Assembly: GCA_902598595.1 (NCBI GenBank)
Contig: CACKCD010000001.1
Coordinates: forward strand, 1-60,296
Direction of reading: 5' to 3'
DNA from: an uncultured Pelagibacteraceae bacterium
Lineage (GTDB): Bacteria; Pseudomonadota; Alphaproteobacteria; Pelagibacterales; Pelagibacteraceae
Length of the DNA stretch: 60,296 bases
Positions 1 through 8,417 of this stretch are shown one piece after another (position 1 is the first letter of the stretch; the number at the start of each line of letters is the position of its first letter). Both the position numbers and the translations under genes were made by a program. The notes under the pieces are model-generated. The model was not told the origin of the DNA. It did not search any database and was given only the letters and a program-made list of their open reading frames with translations.

Positions 1-2
1 CA

Positions 3-818
3 AGACCTAAAAAGATAAGAAAAATAAAAAAAATTAATTATATAATTGGAAATATTTCAAAAAAGAAAGATTTAAACAAAATAAAAGGTTATTTTGATTA
101 TGTAGTAAATCTTGGGGGATACGTTGATCACAAAAATAAAATTAAAACTATCAAAAGTCACTTTTATGGATGCAAAAATTTAGCAAATTTTTTTTACAAA
201 AAAAATCTTAAAACTTTTATTCAAATGGGTAGTAGTGGTGAGTATGGAAAAATAAAATCACCTCATCATGAAAAATTTCAAGGGAATCCAAAATCTCATT
301 ATGCTTTATCAAAACTTAGGGCTACGAAATTTTTGATTAAATTTTTTAGGAAGAATAATTTTCCAGTAATTATTTTACGCTTATATCAAGCTTATGGACC
401 ATACCAGTCTATAAATAGGTTAATTCCAATTACAATTTATAACTCTATTCAAGATAAAACTTTTCCTTGCACTGAAGGTAGTCAGTATAGAGATTTTATT
501 TATATTGATGATGTGGTTAACGTGATAATTAAATGTTTGATTACAAAAAGAAAAATCTTTGGCCAGATACTTAATCTAGGAACTGGAAAACCTCAAAAAG
601 TAAAAAAAATTATTCAATTAATTTCTTCCCTAATTAAAAAGGGAAATCCTCAGTATGGTAAATTAAAGATGCGAAAGGATGAAACATTAAAAATTTTTCC
701 AGACACAAGTAAAATAAAAAAACTTTTAAATTGGCGAGCGAAAATTCCATTAAAAAAAGGATTACAAAAGACTTTGGGTTTTTATAAAAGGCACAAAGGG
801 AATCAAAATGTTTTTTAA
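3..818 (+). CDS. NAD-dependent epimerase/dehydratase (extended SDR), 5'-truncated by the window edge
   Basis: Frame is open from base 3 (RPKKIRK...VVNLGGYVDH...IQMGSSGEYG); YALSK (YxxxK), LRLYQAYGP, RDFIYIDDV and NLGTG motifs. Confidence 0.9.
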   Translation, partial: RPKKIRKIKKINYIIGNISKKKDLNKIKGYFDYVVNLGGYVDHKNKIKTIKSHFYGCKNLANFFYKKNLKTFIQMGSSGEYGKIKSPHHEKFQGNPKSHYALSKLRATKFLIKFFRKNNFPVIILRLYQAYGPYQSINRLIPITIYNSIQDKTFPCTEGSQYRDFIYIDDVVNVIIKCLITKRKIFGQILNLGTGKPQKVKKIIQLISSLIKKGNPQYGKLKMRKDETLKIFPDTSKIKKLLNWRAKIPLKKGLQKTLGFYKRHKGNQNVF

Positions 819-819
819 T

Positions 820-894
820 GGGCGTGTAGTTCAGTGGTAGAACGCTACGTTGACATCGTAGAGGCCATAAGTTCAATTCTTATCACGCCCACCA
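820..894 (+). tRNA. tRNA-Val(GAC)
   Basis: GGGCGTG/CACGCCC acceptor stem, anticodon arm CTACG-TTGACAT-CGTAG, GTTCAA T-loop, encoded CCA. Confidence 0.97.
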
Positions 895-904
895 AAGAAA
901 TGTT

Positions 905-1663
905 CTAATTATTCTTAAATTTTCTTAGTGTGATTAAAGATCTTTTGAGTAAATTGTTCATTAAAGAAATAAAAATATTATTAGAAGTTTTACTTAACAT
1001 TTTGTCATAAGTAATAATTTTATCTTTATTTGATAGAATAAAATTTTTAAAATTATTAAATGTAGTATCTGTCCATTCATTTAAATGAAGTTGAGTAGTT
1101 TGAAAAGAAAAAGGAAAGTTTATTAGTCTATAAAAAAGTTGTGGAATAAATACAAAATCTTTTTCTTCATAAGGTTGAAAACCGTATCCGTCTATGACTT
1201 CATTAATCCCGCACAACTTAAGGGCTTTAAATGTATTTTCATCGTAAGTGTGATTTGGGGCAAAAAAAGATCTAATTTTAATTTTATTCTTATCAAAAAC
1301 TTCTAATCCTTTTTTTATTTTATTTGTTTGTTCTTCTAAACTTTTTCCGTAAAATTCTGATTTTCCACCAAGTTTAAAGAAATCATTTTTATTTGTGTCT
1401 ATCTCGTAATTGTGAGAATAGCCATGCATAGAAATTTCCCAACCTTGATCTTGCCAATTTTTTATTTTTTCCCAAAAATTTTCCTTTTTAGAGAATTTAA
1501 GTAAATCAGGATCTGTATTGTTTGGAATAACACCTAAAACTGGTTTTATATTATGACGATTAAACAATTCTTCACATTTATTCATCATGTCCCAATTCAT
1601 GTTTTGAGCAACGTCATCTATTCTAATTAATGTGCCTCTGGATAAATTAAAAATTTTCATCAT
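905..1663 (-). CDS. Polysaccharide deacetylase-like protein (DUF2334/NodB fold)
   Basis: IRIDDV, MHGYSH and FFAPNH metal-binding/catalytic motifs; QLHLN. Confidence 0.85.
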   Translation of the reverse strand: MMKIFNLSRGTLIRIDDVAQNMNWDMMNKCEELFNRHNIKPVLGVIPNNTDPDLLKFSKKENFWEKIKNWQDQGWEISMHGYSHNYEIDTNKNDFFKLGGKSEFYGKSLEEQTNKIKKGLEVFDKNKIKIRSFFAPNHTYDENTFKALKLCGINEVIDGYGFQPYEEKDFVFIPQLFYRLINFPFSFQTTQLHLNEWTDTTFNNFKNFILSNKDKIITYDKMLSKTSNNIFISLMNNLLKRSLITLRKFKNN

Positions 1664-1760
1664 AAGAATTGTTATAATTTTCGATATATTTATACTTTAT
1701 TTGAAAAAATGCGTAAAAACAATTAATCAATTAAATCTAAAATAAACAAAATTTCATTTT

Positions 1761-2759
1761 ATGAATGCTAAAGTTACAATTATAGTTCCTGTGTATAATA
1801 CTGCAGACTATCTTCAAAAGTGCATTGATAGTATTAAGAATATAAATTTTGACTCTTATCAAGTAATATTTATTGATAATCATTCTAACGATGGTTCTTA
1901 CGAAATCTTAACAAAAAATTATAATAAAAAATTTAGAATTATTAAAAATAAAAAAAATTACGGCCAGTCTTACTCACTTAATAAAGCAATTAGACTAGCT
2001 AAATCTCCATATATCGCAATTATGGACTCAGATGATATTTGTTTAGAAGACAGAATAATTCAAAGCTACAAATTTCTTAAAAACAATAGAGAGTACGCCT
2101 TAGTTGCCGGTAGGTCGAATATAATTAATGAAAAAGGAAAACTAATTGCAGTGAGGAGATTTACCCATAAACCTGATTTAATTAATTGCAGAATCTTTGT
2201 TGATAACCCTGTTTCACACACAACAATTATGTTTAAAACACAAATAATAAAAAAATTAGGTGGATATTGTCAAAATCTAAAATTTGCCCAAGATTTTGAT
2301 TTGATTTCAAAAATCTTACTTAATAAACATAAAATCAAAATATTAAACAAACAGTTTACTCTTGTAAGAAAACATAAAAAACAACAAAGTTTTAGGAATG
2401 CTAAAAAGCAAGACTTGGAGAGACATAAAATTGTGCTTAAAAATATTAAAAAAAAAATTAAGTTAAATATTCATTTTAGATCATTGATAAAGTTTATTAT
2501 TTTTAAAAAAGATAAAAAATTTGAAAGCCTTTCTTCTCAAACTCAGATTAGAATTTTTAACAATCTTATAAAAAAATTATTTAAAAATGATATGCAAAAA
2601 CTATATTACAGTGCTTTAATCTTTTCTCAAAAAAATAATTTTAAAAAAAGAACTATAATTTCGATACTAATAAAATATCTAATTTTAAATAAACTTTTTG
2701 TAAAAGATAAAGAAACTTTATTAAGGGTAGGTAAATCCTTTTTAAAAATTATTTTTTAA
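1761..2759 (+). CDS. Glycosyltransferase family 2
   Basis: IIVPVYN, IDNHSNDGS, IMDSDD (DxD) and QDFDL motifs. Confidence 0.92.
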   Translation: MNAKVTIIVPVYNTADYLQKCIDSIKNINFDSYQVIFIDNHSNDGSYEILTKNYNKKFRIIKNKKNYGQSYSLNKAIRLAKSPYIAIMDSDDICLEDRIIQSYKFLKNNREYALVAGRSNIINEKGKLIAVRRFTHKPDLINCRIFVDNPVSHTTIMFKTQIIKKLGGYCQNLKFAQDFDLISKILLNKHKIKILNKQFTLVRKHKKQQSFRNAKKQDLERHKIVLKNIKKKIKLNIHFRSLIKFIIFKKDKKFESLSSQTQIRIFNNLIKKLFKNDMQKLYYSALIFSQKNNFKKRTIISILIKYLILNKLFVKDKETLLRVGKSFLKIIF

Positions 2760-3011
2760 TAATTCTTCTAGGTCCAGTAAAGAAAATTTGTTTTCCTGAC
2801 GAGAAAAGATTTTATTCATAAGATCGAGATCCTTTTTAGATTCTTTAAAAATATTTTTGTCCAATTTCGTCAAGAAATTTACTATTGCCAAAGAGTCAAG
2901 CGCACTTCCCTCACCAAGTAAAATGAAGTCATTTTTTTTGTATATTTCAAATTGATTTTGAGAATTATTGAACTCGTCTATTGAAATATTTATAATCTTT
3001 TTTATGTCCAT
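2742..3011 (-). CDS. Stand-alone acyl carrier protein-like protein
   Basis: 89 aa; LLGEGSALDSLAIVNFL carries the DSL phosphopantetheine-attachment serine motif. Confidence 0.75.
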   Translation of the reverse strand: MDIKKIINISIDEFNNSQNQFEIYKKNDFILLGEGSALDSLAIVNFLTKLDKNIFKESKKDLDLMNKIFSRQENKFSLLDLEELLKNNF

Positions 3012-4085
3012 TTAATCTAAATAAAAAATGTTATCACCATCTGTTAGAGATAAATCTAAATTTTCACTGTTTTCAAAAAGCTCAAAATTAAGCTGAGAAT
3101 TAGTGCTTTTTACCAAAAAATTAAAATTTTTACTTTTCTTTTTTATAAATCCTAATTTTTCAAATTCTATTCTCTTGTTTTTTTTATAACCTATTACGTC
3201 GATAACATCAAAATTAAATTTTTTTGCAAAATCCATACAATATTTCAAAGTATCATTAAGAATATAATTTTCTTTATCTGAAATAACAATTTCAACTATA
3301 GATAATTTTTTAAAATTGTATTTTTTTTCTATGCTACTAACCATCGCTATAAATCCGATAAAATTTTGGTCTTTATAAATTTTAATGACATAAAATTTTT
3401 TCTTTTCAATATATTGATTATACTTCCATTTTAACCATTCTAATTTTTTTGAAGACCTTAAATTATTAAAATTTTTTAATTCTTTTGCCAGTTGAATAAA
3501 ATCATTATCAAAATTTTCTTTTAAATGAAAAGAAATGTTGTTTTTTTTTATCTTCTCTTCTTTAATAGGTTGAAAAATATCTCTGTCAAAAGAATTCTTT
3601 TCTTTAACAATTAAACCCTTAATAAAATTGAAAAAAAATCTTGGTTTATTTACAATAAATAAAAGTCTTTTTTGGTAATCTTGCTGTGAAATTTTTTTTG
3701 CTTTAAAGGCTTCCATTATTTTTTCAGACTCAATATTTGCTGAATTAGTTATAAATAAATCAATACCTTTTTGATTTAAAAATAAATGTCTTAGTTTAAG
3801 TGAAAACGATCTATAGTTTTTATCGATTACATAATTATTACAAATTGCAGCTAAAAACTCTTTATTTTTTAATTCAAAAATAAAAGGAATGTTTAAACAA
3901 GCTCCAACAATTTTCTTTTTATCTAATAGTTTCCAACCAATAATCCATTCATTTGTTTGATTAAAGTATGGATTTTTATTCCATAGATTAATCCAATCAT
4001 GTTTATTTAAAGTAATTAAATTATTTCTATTGTTAAGTTCTGATATTTTTTCAAAATCTTCAAATAAAACTTTTTCTATTTCCAT
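3012..4085 (-). CDS. GNAT-fold acyltransferase-like protein (probably tandem GNAT)
   Basis: NYVIDKNYRSFSLKL resembles GNAT motif A; WLKWKY and FEKLGF are typical of tandem GNAT proteins; stop codon abuts the ACP start. Confidence 0.6.
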   Translation of the reverse strand: MEIEKVLFEDFEKISELNNRNNLITLNKHDWINLWNKNPYFNQTNEWIIGWKLLDKKKIVGACLNIPFIFELKNKEFLAAICNNYVIDKNYRSFSLKLRHLFLNQKGIDLFITNSANIESEKIMEAFKAKKISQQDYQKRLLFIVNKPRFFFNFIKGLIVKEKNSFDRDIFQPIKEEKIKKNNISFHLKENFDNDFIQLAKELKNFNNLRSSKKLEWLKWKYNQYIEKKKFYVIKIYKDQNFIGFIAMVSSIEKKYNFKKLSIVEIVISDKENYILNDTLKYCMDFAKKFNFDVIDVIGYKKNKRIEFEKLGFIKKKSKNFNFLVKSTNSQLNFELFENSENLDLSLTDGDNIFYLD

Positions 4086-4131
4086 AAATAAATATAATAT
4101 ACTTTTATATCAAATAACTATAGATAACATT

Positions 4132-5145
4132 ATGACTTATTCTATTGAAAAATTAGTTTATCATTTAAGAGGACTTTATTCAGCTCCAATTATATGCGAA
4201 CTTTCAAAAAGAAAAATTTTTAAATTTATAAAGAATAAAGCAATATTTGATAAAAAAAAATTAATAAACATTAAGAGCAAAAAAGAACTTGAAGCTTGCT
4301 TAAGTTATTTAGTAAGAATTAATTTGCTTAAAAAATTAGATAATGACGAATTAGAATTTACCGATATGGGAGTCGAGATATTTAAAAGAGCAAATTCTTA
4401 CTATGTACCTCATTCATATAGAGATTATATTTTAAATTTAGGAAATATATTTAATAGCAAAATGAATGTTAAAAAACTAAAGGTTGATAGAAATGAGAAT
4501 ATTATTGGTAGCGGCTTAACTCATATGCGATATTTTCCTCCAGTGATTTCATATCTATCTCAAAATAATTCTTTTCACGCAGGTATAGATGTTGGTTGTG
4601 GTAATGGACATTTTTTAAATTTGCTTAACGATAATTTTCAAAGTCTTGATTTATATGGATTTGATGTCTCTAATACATCTGTGAAATCAGCAAAATTAAT
4701 TAAAAAAAAGAATCGTAATAATATTAAAATTTTTAGAGCAGACGCGTCAAAAATAAATTATTGGAAAAAGAAAATTAATATAAAAGGGAAAAAAACTATT
4801 TTCTTTTTTTGGTTTTTACTTCATGAAATAAGTAAAAATAAAAAATCAATTATTATTGATTATTTAAAAAGTATTAAAAAAAACTTCCCAAATTCCACAA
4901 TTGTTATTTGTGAATTAACAAAACAGAGTGATATTATACTCCAGGAAAACTGCGAAAAAAGTTTAATGCCCGAATACTTACTTTTTCATGATTTCTCTGG
5001 TCAAGGAGTTTTAGGTTTTTCCGATTATAAAGAAATATTAAAAAAAACAGGTTATACCCTTAAAAAAGAATGGATGTTTGACCAGAGCCCACCAAATAAA
5101 GATATAAATTCTGAACCTTCTACATTTGTATGGGTTTTAGAATAA
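4132..5145 (+). CDS. Class I SAM-dependent methyltransferase, AprA-MT1-like (putative metal-dependent C-methyltransferase)
   Basis: ATG at 4132 preferred over the overlapping TTG at 4030; DVGCGNG SAM motif; VDRNENIIGSGLTHMRYF, FLLHE and HDFSGQ motifs. Confidence 0.8.
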   Translation: MTYSIEKLVYHLRGLYSAPIICELSKRKIFKFIKNKAIFDKKKLINIKSKKELEACLSYLVRINLLKKLDNDELEFTDMGVEIFKRANSYYVPHSYRDYILNLGNIFNSKMNVKKLKVDRNENIIGSGLTHMRYFPPVISYLSQNNSFHAGIDVGCGNGHFLNLLNDNFQSLDLYGFDVSNTSVKSAKLIKKKNRNNIKIFRADASKINYWKKKINIKGKKTIFFFWFLLHEISKNKKSIIIDYLKSIKKNFPNSTIVICELTKQSDIILQENCEKSLMPEYLLFHDFSGQGVLGFSDYKEILKKTGYTLKKEWMFDQSPPNKDINSEPSTFVWVLE

Positions 5146-5182
5146 AATTCTCATTAATCTTTAGTTAATTATTAATAAATTT

Positions 5183-5211
5183 TTGTTTACAAGATTTTCA
5201 TTAGATAATAT
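5183..5211 (+). promoter_or_regulatory. Putative sigma70 promoter for the 5S rRNA
   Basis: TTGTTT-17 nt-TAATAT ending 6 nt before the 5S 5' end; AT-rich context weakens the call. Confidence 0.4.
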
Positions 5212-5217
5212 AAAGCA

Positions 5218-5337
5218 TGGCCTGGTAATTATTGCGAAGGGGCCACACCCGATCCCATTCCGAACTCGGAAGTTAAGTCCTTCAGCGCCGATGGTACTTT
5301 GTCTTAAGACACGGGAGAGTAGGACGTTGCCAGGCTA
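5218..5337 (+). rRNA. rrf: 5S rRNA, unlinked from 16S-23S
   Basis: TGGCCTGG/CCAGGCTA terminal helix; CCCGATCCCATTCCGAACTCGGAAGTTAAG, GATGGTACT and GGGAGAGTAGG conserved blocks. Confidence 0.97.
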
Positions 5338-5352
5338 ATTAAATTAATTATT

Positions 5353-5478
5353 ATGAAAATAGCAAGTTCATTAAAATCTTTAAAAAAAAGAGATCTTAAC
5401 TCAAAGTTAGTAAAGCGTAGAGGCAAACTTTACGTTATCAATAAAAAAAATCCAAGATTCAAAGCACGTCAGGGTTAA
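5353..5478 (+). CDS. rpmJ: 50S ribosomal protein L36 (type B, zinc-free)
   Basis: Own translation [41 protein letters not shown]; below the ORF-track cutoff. Confidence 0.96.
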   Translation: MKIASSLKSLKKRDLNSKLVKRRGKLYVINKKNPRFKARQG

Positions 5479-5479
5479 T

Positions 5480-5590
5480 ATGAGCGACCATGACTATAAA
5501 GACACTTGGAAGGGATTTACCAAGTTTGTTTTATGGGGAACGATTGCAGTAATTGCGATCTTAGTGATACTTGCTTTAACTTTACTATAA
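5480..5590 (+). CDS. 36-aa single-TM protein, aa3-type cytochrome c oxidase subunit IV family
   Basis: MSDHDYKDTWKGFTKFVLWGTIAVIAILVILALTLL; T(W/Y)xGF followed by a TM helix; usual position upstream of pntA in Alphaproteobacteria. Confidence 0.75.
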   Translation: MSDHDYKDTWKGFTKFVLWGTIAVIAILVILALTLL

Positions 5591-5608
5591 TCTAAAGATA
5601 TTCTTAAA

Positions 5609-6703
5609 ATGATAGTTGGTTCAACTAAAGAAAATTTAACATTAGAAAAAAGAGTTTCGTTAACTCCTGAAACTGCAAAAAGTATTATAGGTTTGGGACT
5701 TCAAGTATATATTGAGAAAGATTATGCAATCCATTTAGGAATTCAAGATAGTGAGTATAAAAAAGTTGGAGTTGAAATTAAAGCTTCCTCTAATGAAGTT
5801 TTAAACTCAAGTAAAGCGATTATCAAGGTTAATTGCCCGGCTGAAAATGAAATTAGTATTTTAAAAGAAAATACAATTTTAATTGGAATGTTCAATCCTT
5901 CGAAAAACAAAAGCCAAATTGACAAAATTTTAAATAAAAAGATTAAAATTTTTTCACTTGAACTATTGCCTCGTATCACAAGAGCTCAATCGATGGATGT
6001 GTTATCCTCTCAATCAAACTTAGCTGGGTATAGAGCAGTAGTTGACTGTGTTGCTGAATTTGAAAAAGCTGTACCGATGATGATGACGGCTGCTGGAACT
6101 GTCCCAGCTGCCAAAGTTTTAGTAATTGGAGCGGGTGTAGCGGGGTTACAAGCTATTGCTACTGCAAAAAGATTAGGTGCAATTGTTTCAGCAACTGATG
6201 TAAGGGCGGCATCAAAAGAGCAAGTAGAGAGCTTAGGTGGAAAATTTTTAACTGTTGAACAAACAGAAGATATGGAAACGGCGGGTGGATATGCCAAAGA
6301 AACTTCAGAGGATTATAAAAAAAAACAAGCCGAGATGATGAAAGAAGCATTAAAAAAAAATGATATTGTTATATGCACTGCATTAATACCTGGAAAACCT
6401 GCACCAAGAATTTTAACTGAGAATTTAGTAAAATTGTTGAAACCCGGGTCTATCGTTTATGATTTAGCAGCAGAACAAGGAGGAAATTCTGCATATTCAG
6501 AGGCTGGAAAAATTAACATAGTTGATGGAATAAAAGTGATAGGTGTGAAAAGTTTAATGAATAGATTACCACTTACAGCGTCGAGTTTATATGCTAAAAA
6601 CCTATTTAGCTTCATACGAAACTTATATAGTAAAGAAAAAAAAGATTTTAATATTAATTTAGAAGACGAGATAATTAAAAAATCATTAATAAAAGAGATT
6701 TAA
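5609..6703 (+). CDS. pntAA: NAD(P) transhydrogenase alpha subunit part 1 (dI)
   Basis: PRITRAQSMDVLSSQSNLAGY and GAGVAGLQAIATAKRLGA. Confidence 0.97.
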   Translation: MIVGSTKENLTLEKRVSLTPETAKSIIGLGLQVYIEKDYAIHLGIQDSEYKKVGVEIKASSNEVLNSSKAIIKVNCPAENEISILKENTILIGMFNPSKNKSQIDKILNKKIKIFSLELLPRITRAQSMDVLSSQSNLAGYRAVVDCVAEFEKAVPMMMTAAGTVPAAKVLVIGAGVAGLQAIATAKRLGAIVSATDVRAASKEQVESLGGKFLTVEQTEDMETAGGYAKETSEDYKKKQAEMMKEALKKNDIVICTALIPGKPAPRILTENLVKLLKPGSIVYDLAAEQGGNSAYSEAGKINIVDGIKVIGVKSLMNRLPLTASSLYAKNLFSFIRNLYSKEKKDFNINLEDEIIKKSLIKEI

Positions 6704-6705
6704 TT

Positions 6706-7017
6706 ATGGAAATAGATCCGTTTATATTTAGATTAAGTATATTCATTTTGTCGATTTTTATTGGCTACTATGTTGTATGGAGTGTTACTCCGTCTCTACA
6801 CACTCCTTTAATGTCTGTAACAAACGCTATTTCATCAGTTATCATAGTTGGCGCTATAATTGCAGCTCTAGCTGGATCTTCGGAGAACATTTTTGATATA
6901 TCAAGTATTTTTGGATTTATCGCTATTGTCTTAGCAGCAATAAATATTTTTGGTGGGTTTTTAGTAACTCAAAGAATGCTTCAAATGTATAAAAAAAAGA
7001 AAGATAAAAAGAAATGA
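6706..7017 (+). CDS. pntAB: NAD(P) transhydrogenase alpha subunit part 2
   Basis: VTPSLHTPLMSVTNAIS and NIFGGFLVTQRML. Confidence 0.97.
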   Translation: MEIDPFIFRLSIFILSIFIGYYVVWSVTPSLHTPLMSVTNAISSVIIVGAIIAALAGSSENIFDISSIFGFIAIVLAAINIFGGFLVTQRMLQMYKKKKDKKK

Positions 7018-8417
7018 TATCTGCAAATTTATCAGCAATTTTTTATTTAGTTTCAGGAATTCTATTTATTCTTGCGCTAAGAGGATTGTCATCTCCAGAC
7101 ACATCAAGACAAGGAAATTATTTTGGAATTGTTGGAATGATAATTGCAATTATTGTAACATTTTTATCAATTGGAAATTTTTCTGAGTCGTTAATTTATG
7201 TAATAATGTTTCTAGTTATTGGTGGGGCAATTGGAGCTTTTATAGCTTTTAGAATTCCAATGACTGCAATGCCAGAATTGGTGGCAGGTTTTCATAGTTT
7301 AGTTGGTCTAGCTGCTGTTTTTGTTGCAATTGCAGCTTTTTTAAATCCTGAAGTTTTTAATTTAGGAGCTGTTGGTGCAATTAAACTAGCAAGTCTAATT
7401 GAAATGTCTATTGGTGCAGCTGTAGGAGCAATTACTTTTTCAGGGTCTATAATAGCTTTTCTGAAATTAAGAGGGATTATGTCTGGCTCTCCAATTATAT
7501 TCAGCGGCCAACACCTTTTAAACTTAGCACTTGGTATAGGGATTTTCGTATTAATCTTTTATTTATGTAAAACTCAGTCAGCAAATATTTTTTGGACTGT
7601 AGTTATAATTTCTTTTCTAGTTGGTGTTTTATTAATTATACCCATTGGTGGAGCAGACATGCCTGTAGTAATTTCAATGCTTAACTCTTACTCTGGTTGG
7701 GCTGCTGCTGGAATAGGTTTTACATTGGAAAACACTGCTTTAATCATTACCGGTGCACTTGTAGGATCTTCAGGAGCAATACTTTCTTACATAATGTGTA
7801 AAGCCATGAACAGGTCATTCTTTAGTGTAATACTTGGTGGTTTTGGAGCAGATAATTCTGCTGATGATAAAAAAGAAAAAAAAGATCAAAAGCCAGTTAA
7901 AAGCGGTAACGCGGAAGACGCAGCCTTTTTAATGAAAAATGCTTCTTCCGTGATTATAGTACCAGGTTATGGAATGGCAGTTGCACAAGCACAACACGCT
8001 TTGAGAGAGATGGTAGATAAACTGAAAAAAAATGATATTAAAGTTACTTATGCCATACATCCAGTTGCTGGTAGAATGCCTGGGCACATGAATGTTCTTT
8101 TGGCAGAAGCCAATGTTCCTTACGATGAAGTGTTTGAACTTGAAGATATAAATAACGATTTTGCTAATTCTGATGTAGCTTTTGTGATAGGAGCTAATGA
8201 TGTAACTAATCCAGTTGCTAAAACTGATCCAAAAAGTCCTATTTTCGGTATGCCTGTTCTGGATGTAGAGAAATGCAAATCAGTTTTATTTGTAAAGAGA
8301 AGTTTATCTCCCGGATACGCTGGTATAGACAATGAGTTATTCTATAGAGATAACACATTAATGTTATTTGCAGATGCTAAAAAAATGACTGAGGATATAG
8401 TAAAAAATTTAGACTAA
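7014..8417 (+). CDS. pntB: NAD(P) transhydrogenase beta subunit
   Basis: GGADMPVVISMLNSYSG and HPVAGRMPGHMNVLLAEA. Confidence 0.98.
   Translation: MISANLSAIFYLVSGILFILALRGLSSPDTSRQGNYFGIVGMIIAIIVTFLSIGNFSESLIYVIMFLVIGGAIGAFIAFRIPMTAMPELVAGFHSLVGLAAVFVAIAAFLNPEVFNLGAVGAIKLASLIEMSIGAAVGAITFSGSIIAFLKLRGIMSGSPIIFSGQHLLNLALGIGIFVLIFYLCKTQSANIFWTVVIISFLVGVLLIIPIGGADMPVVISMLNSYSGWAAAGIGFTLENTALIITGALVGSSGAILSYIMCKAMNRSFFSVILGGFGADNSADDKKEKKDQKPVKSGNAEDAAFLMKNASSVIIVPGYGMAVAQAQHALREMVDKLKKNDIKVTYAIHPVAGRMPGHMNVLLAEANVPYDEVFELEDINNDFANSDVAFVIGANDVTNPVAKTDPKSPIFGMPVLDVEKCKSVLFVKRSLSPGYAGIDNELFYRDNTLMLFADAKKMTEDIVKNLD

Noticed and set aside
634-876. 80-aa minus-strand ORF
   Set aside because: Antisense shadow of tRNA-Val and the epimerase
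4030-4131. TTG-initiated N-terminal extension of the methyltransferase
   Set aside because: It overlaps the divergent GNAT start; ATG at 4132 leaves room for the promoters
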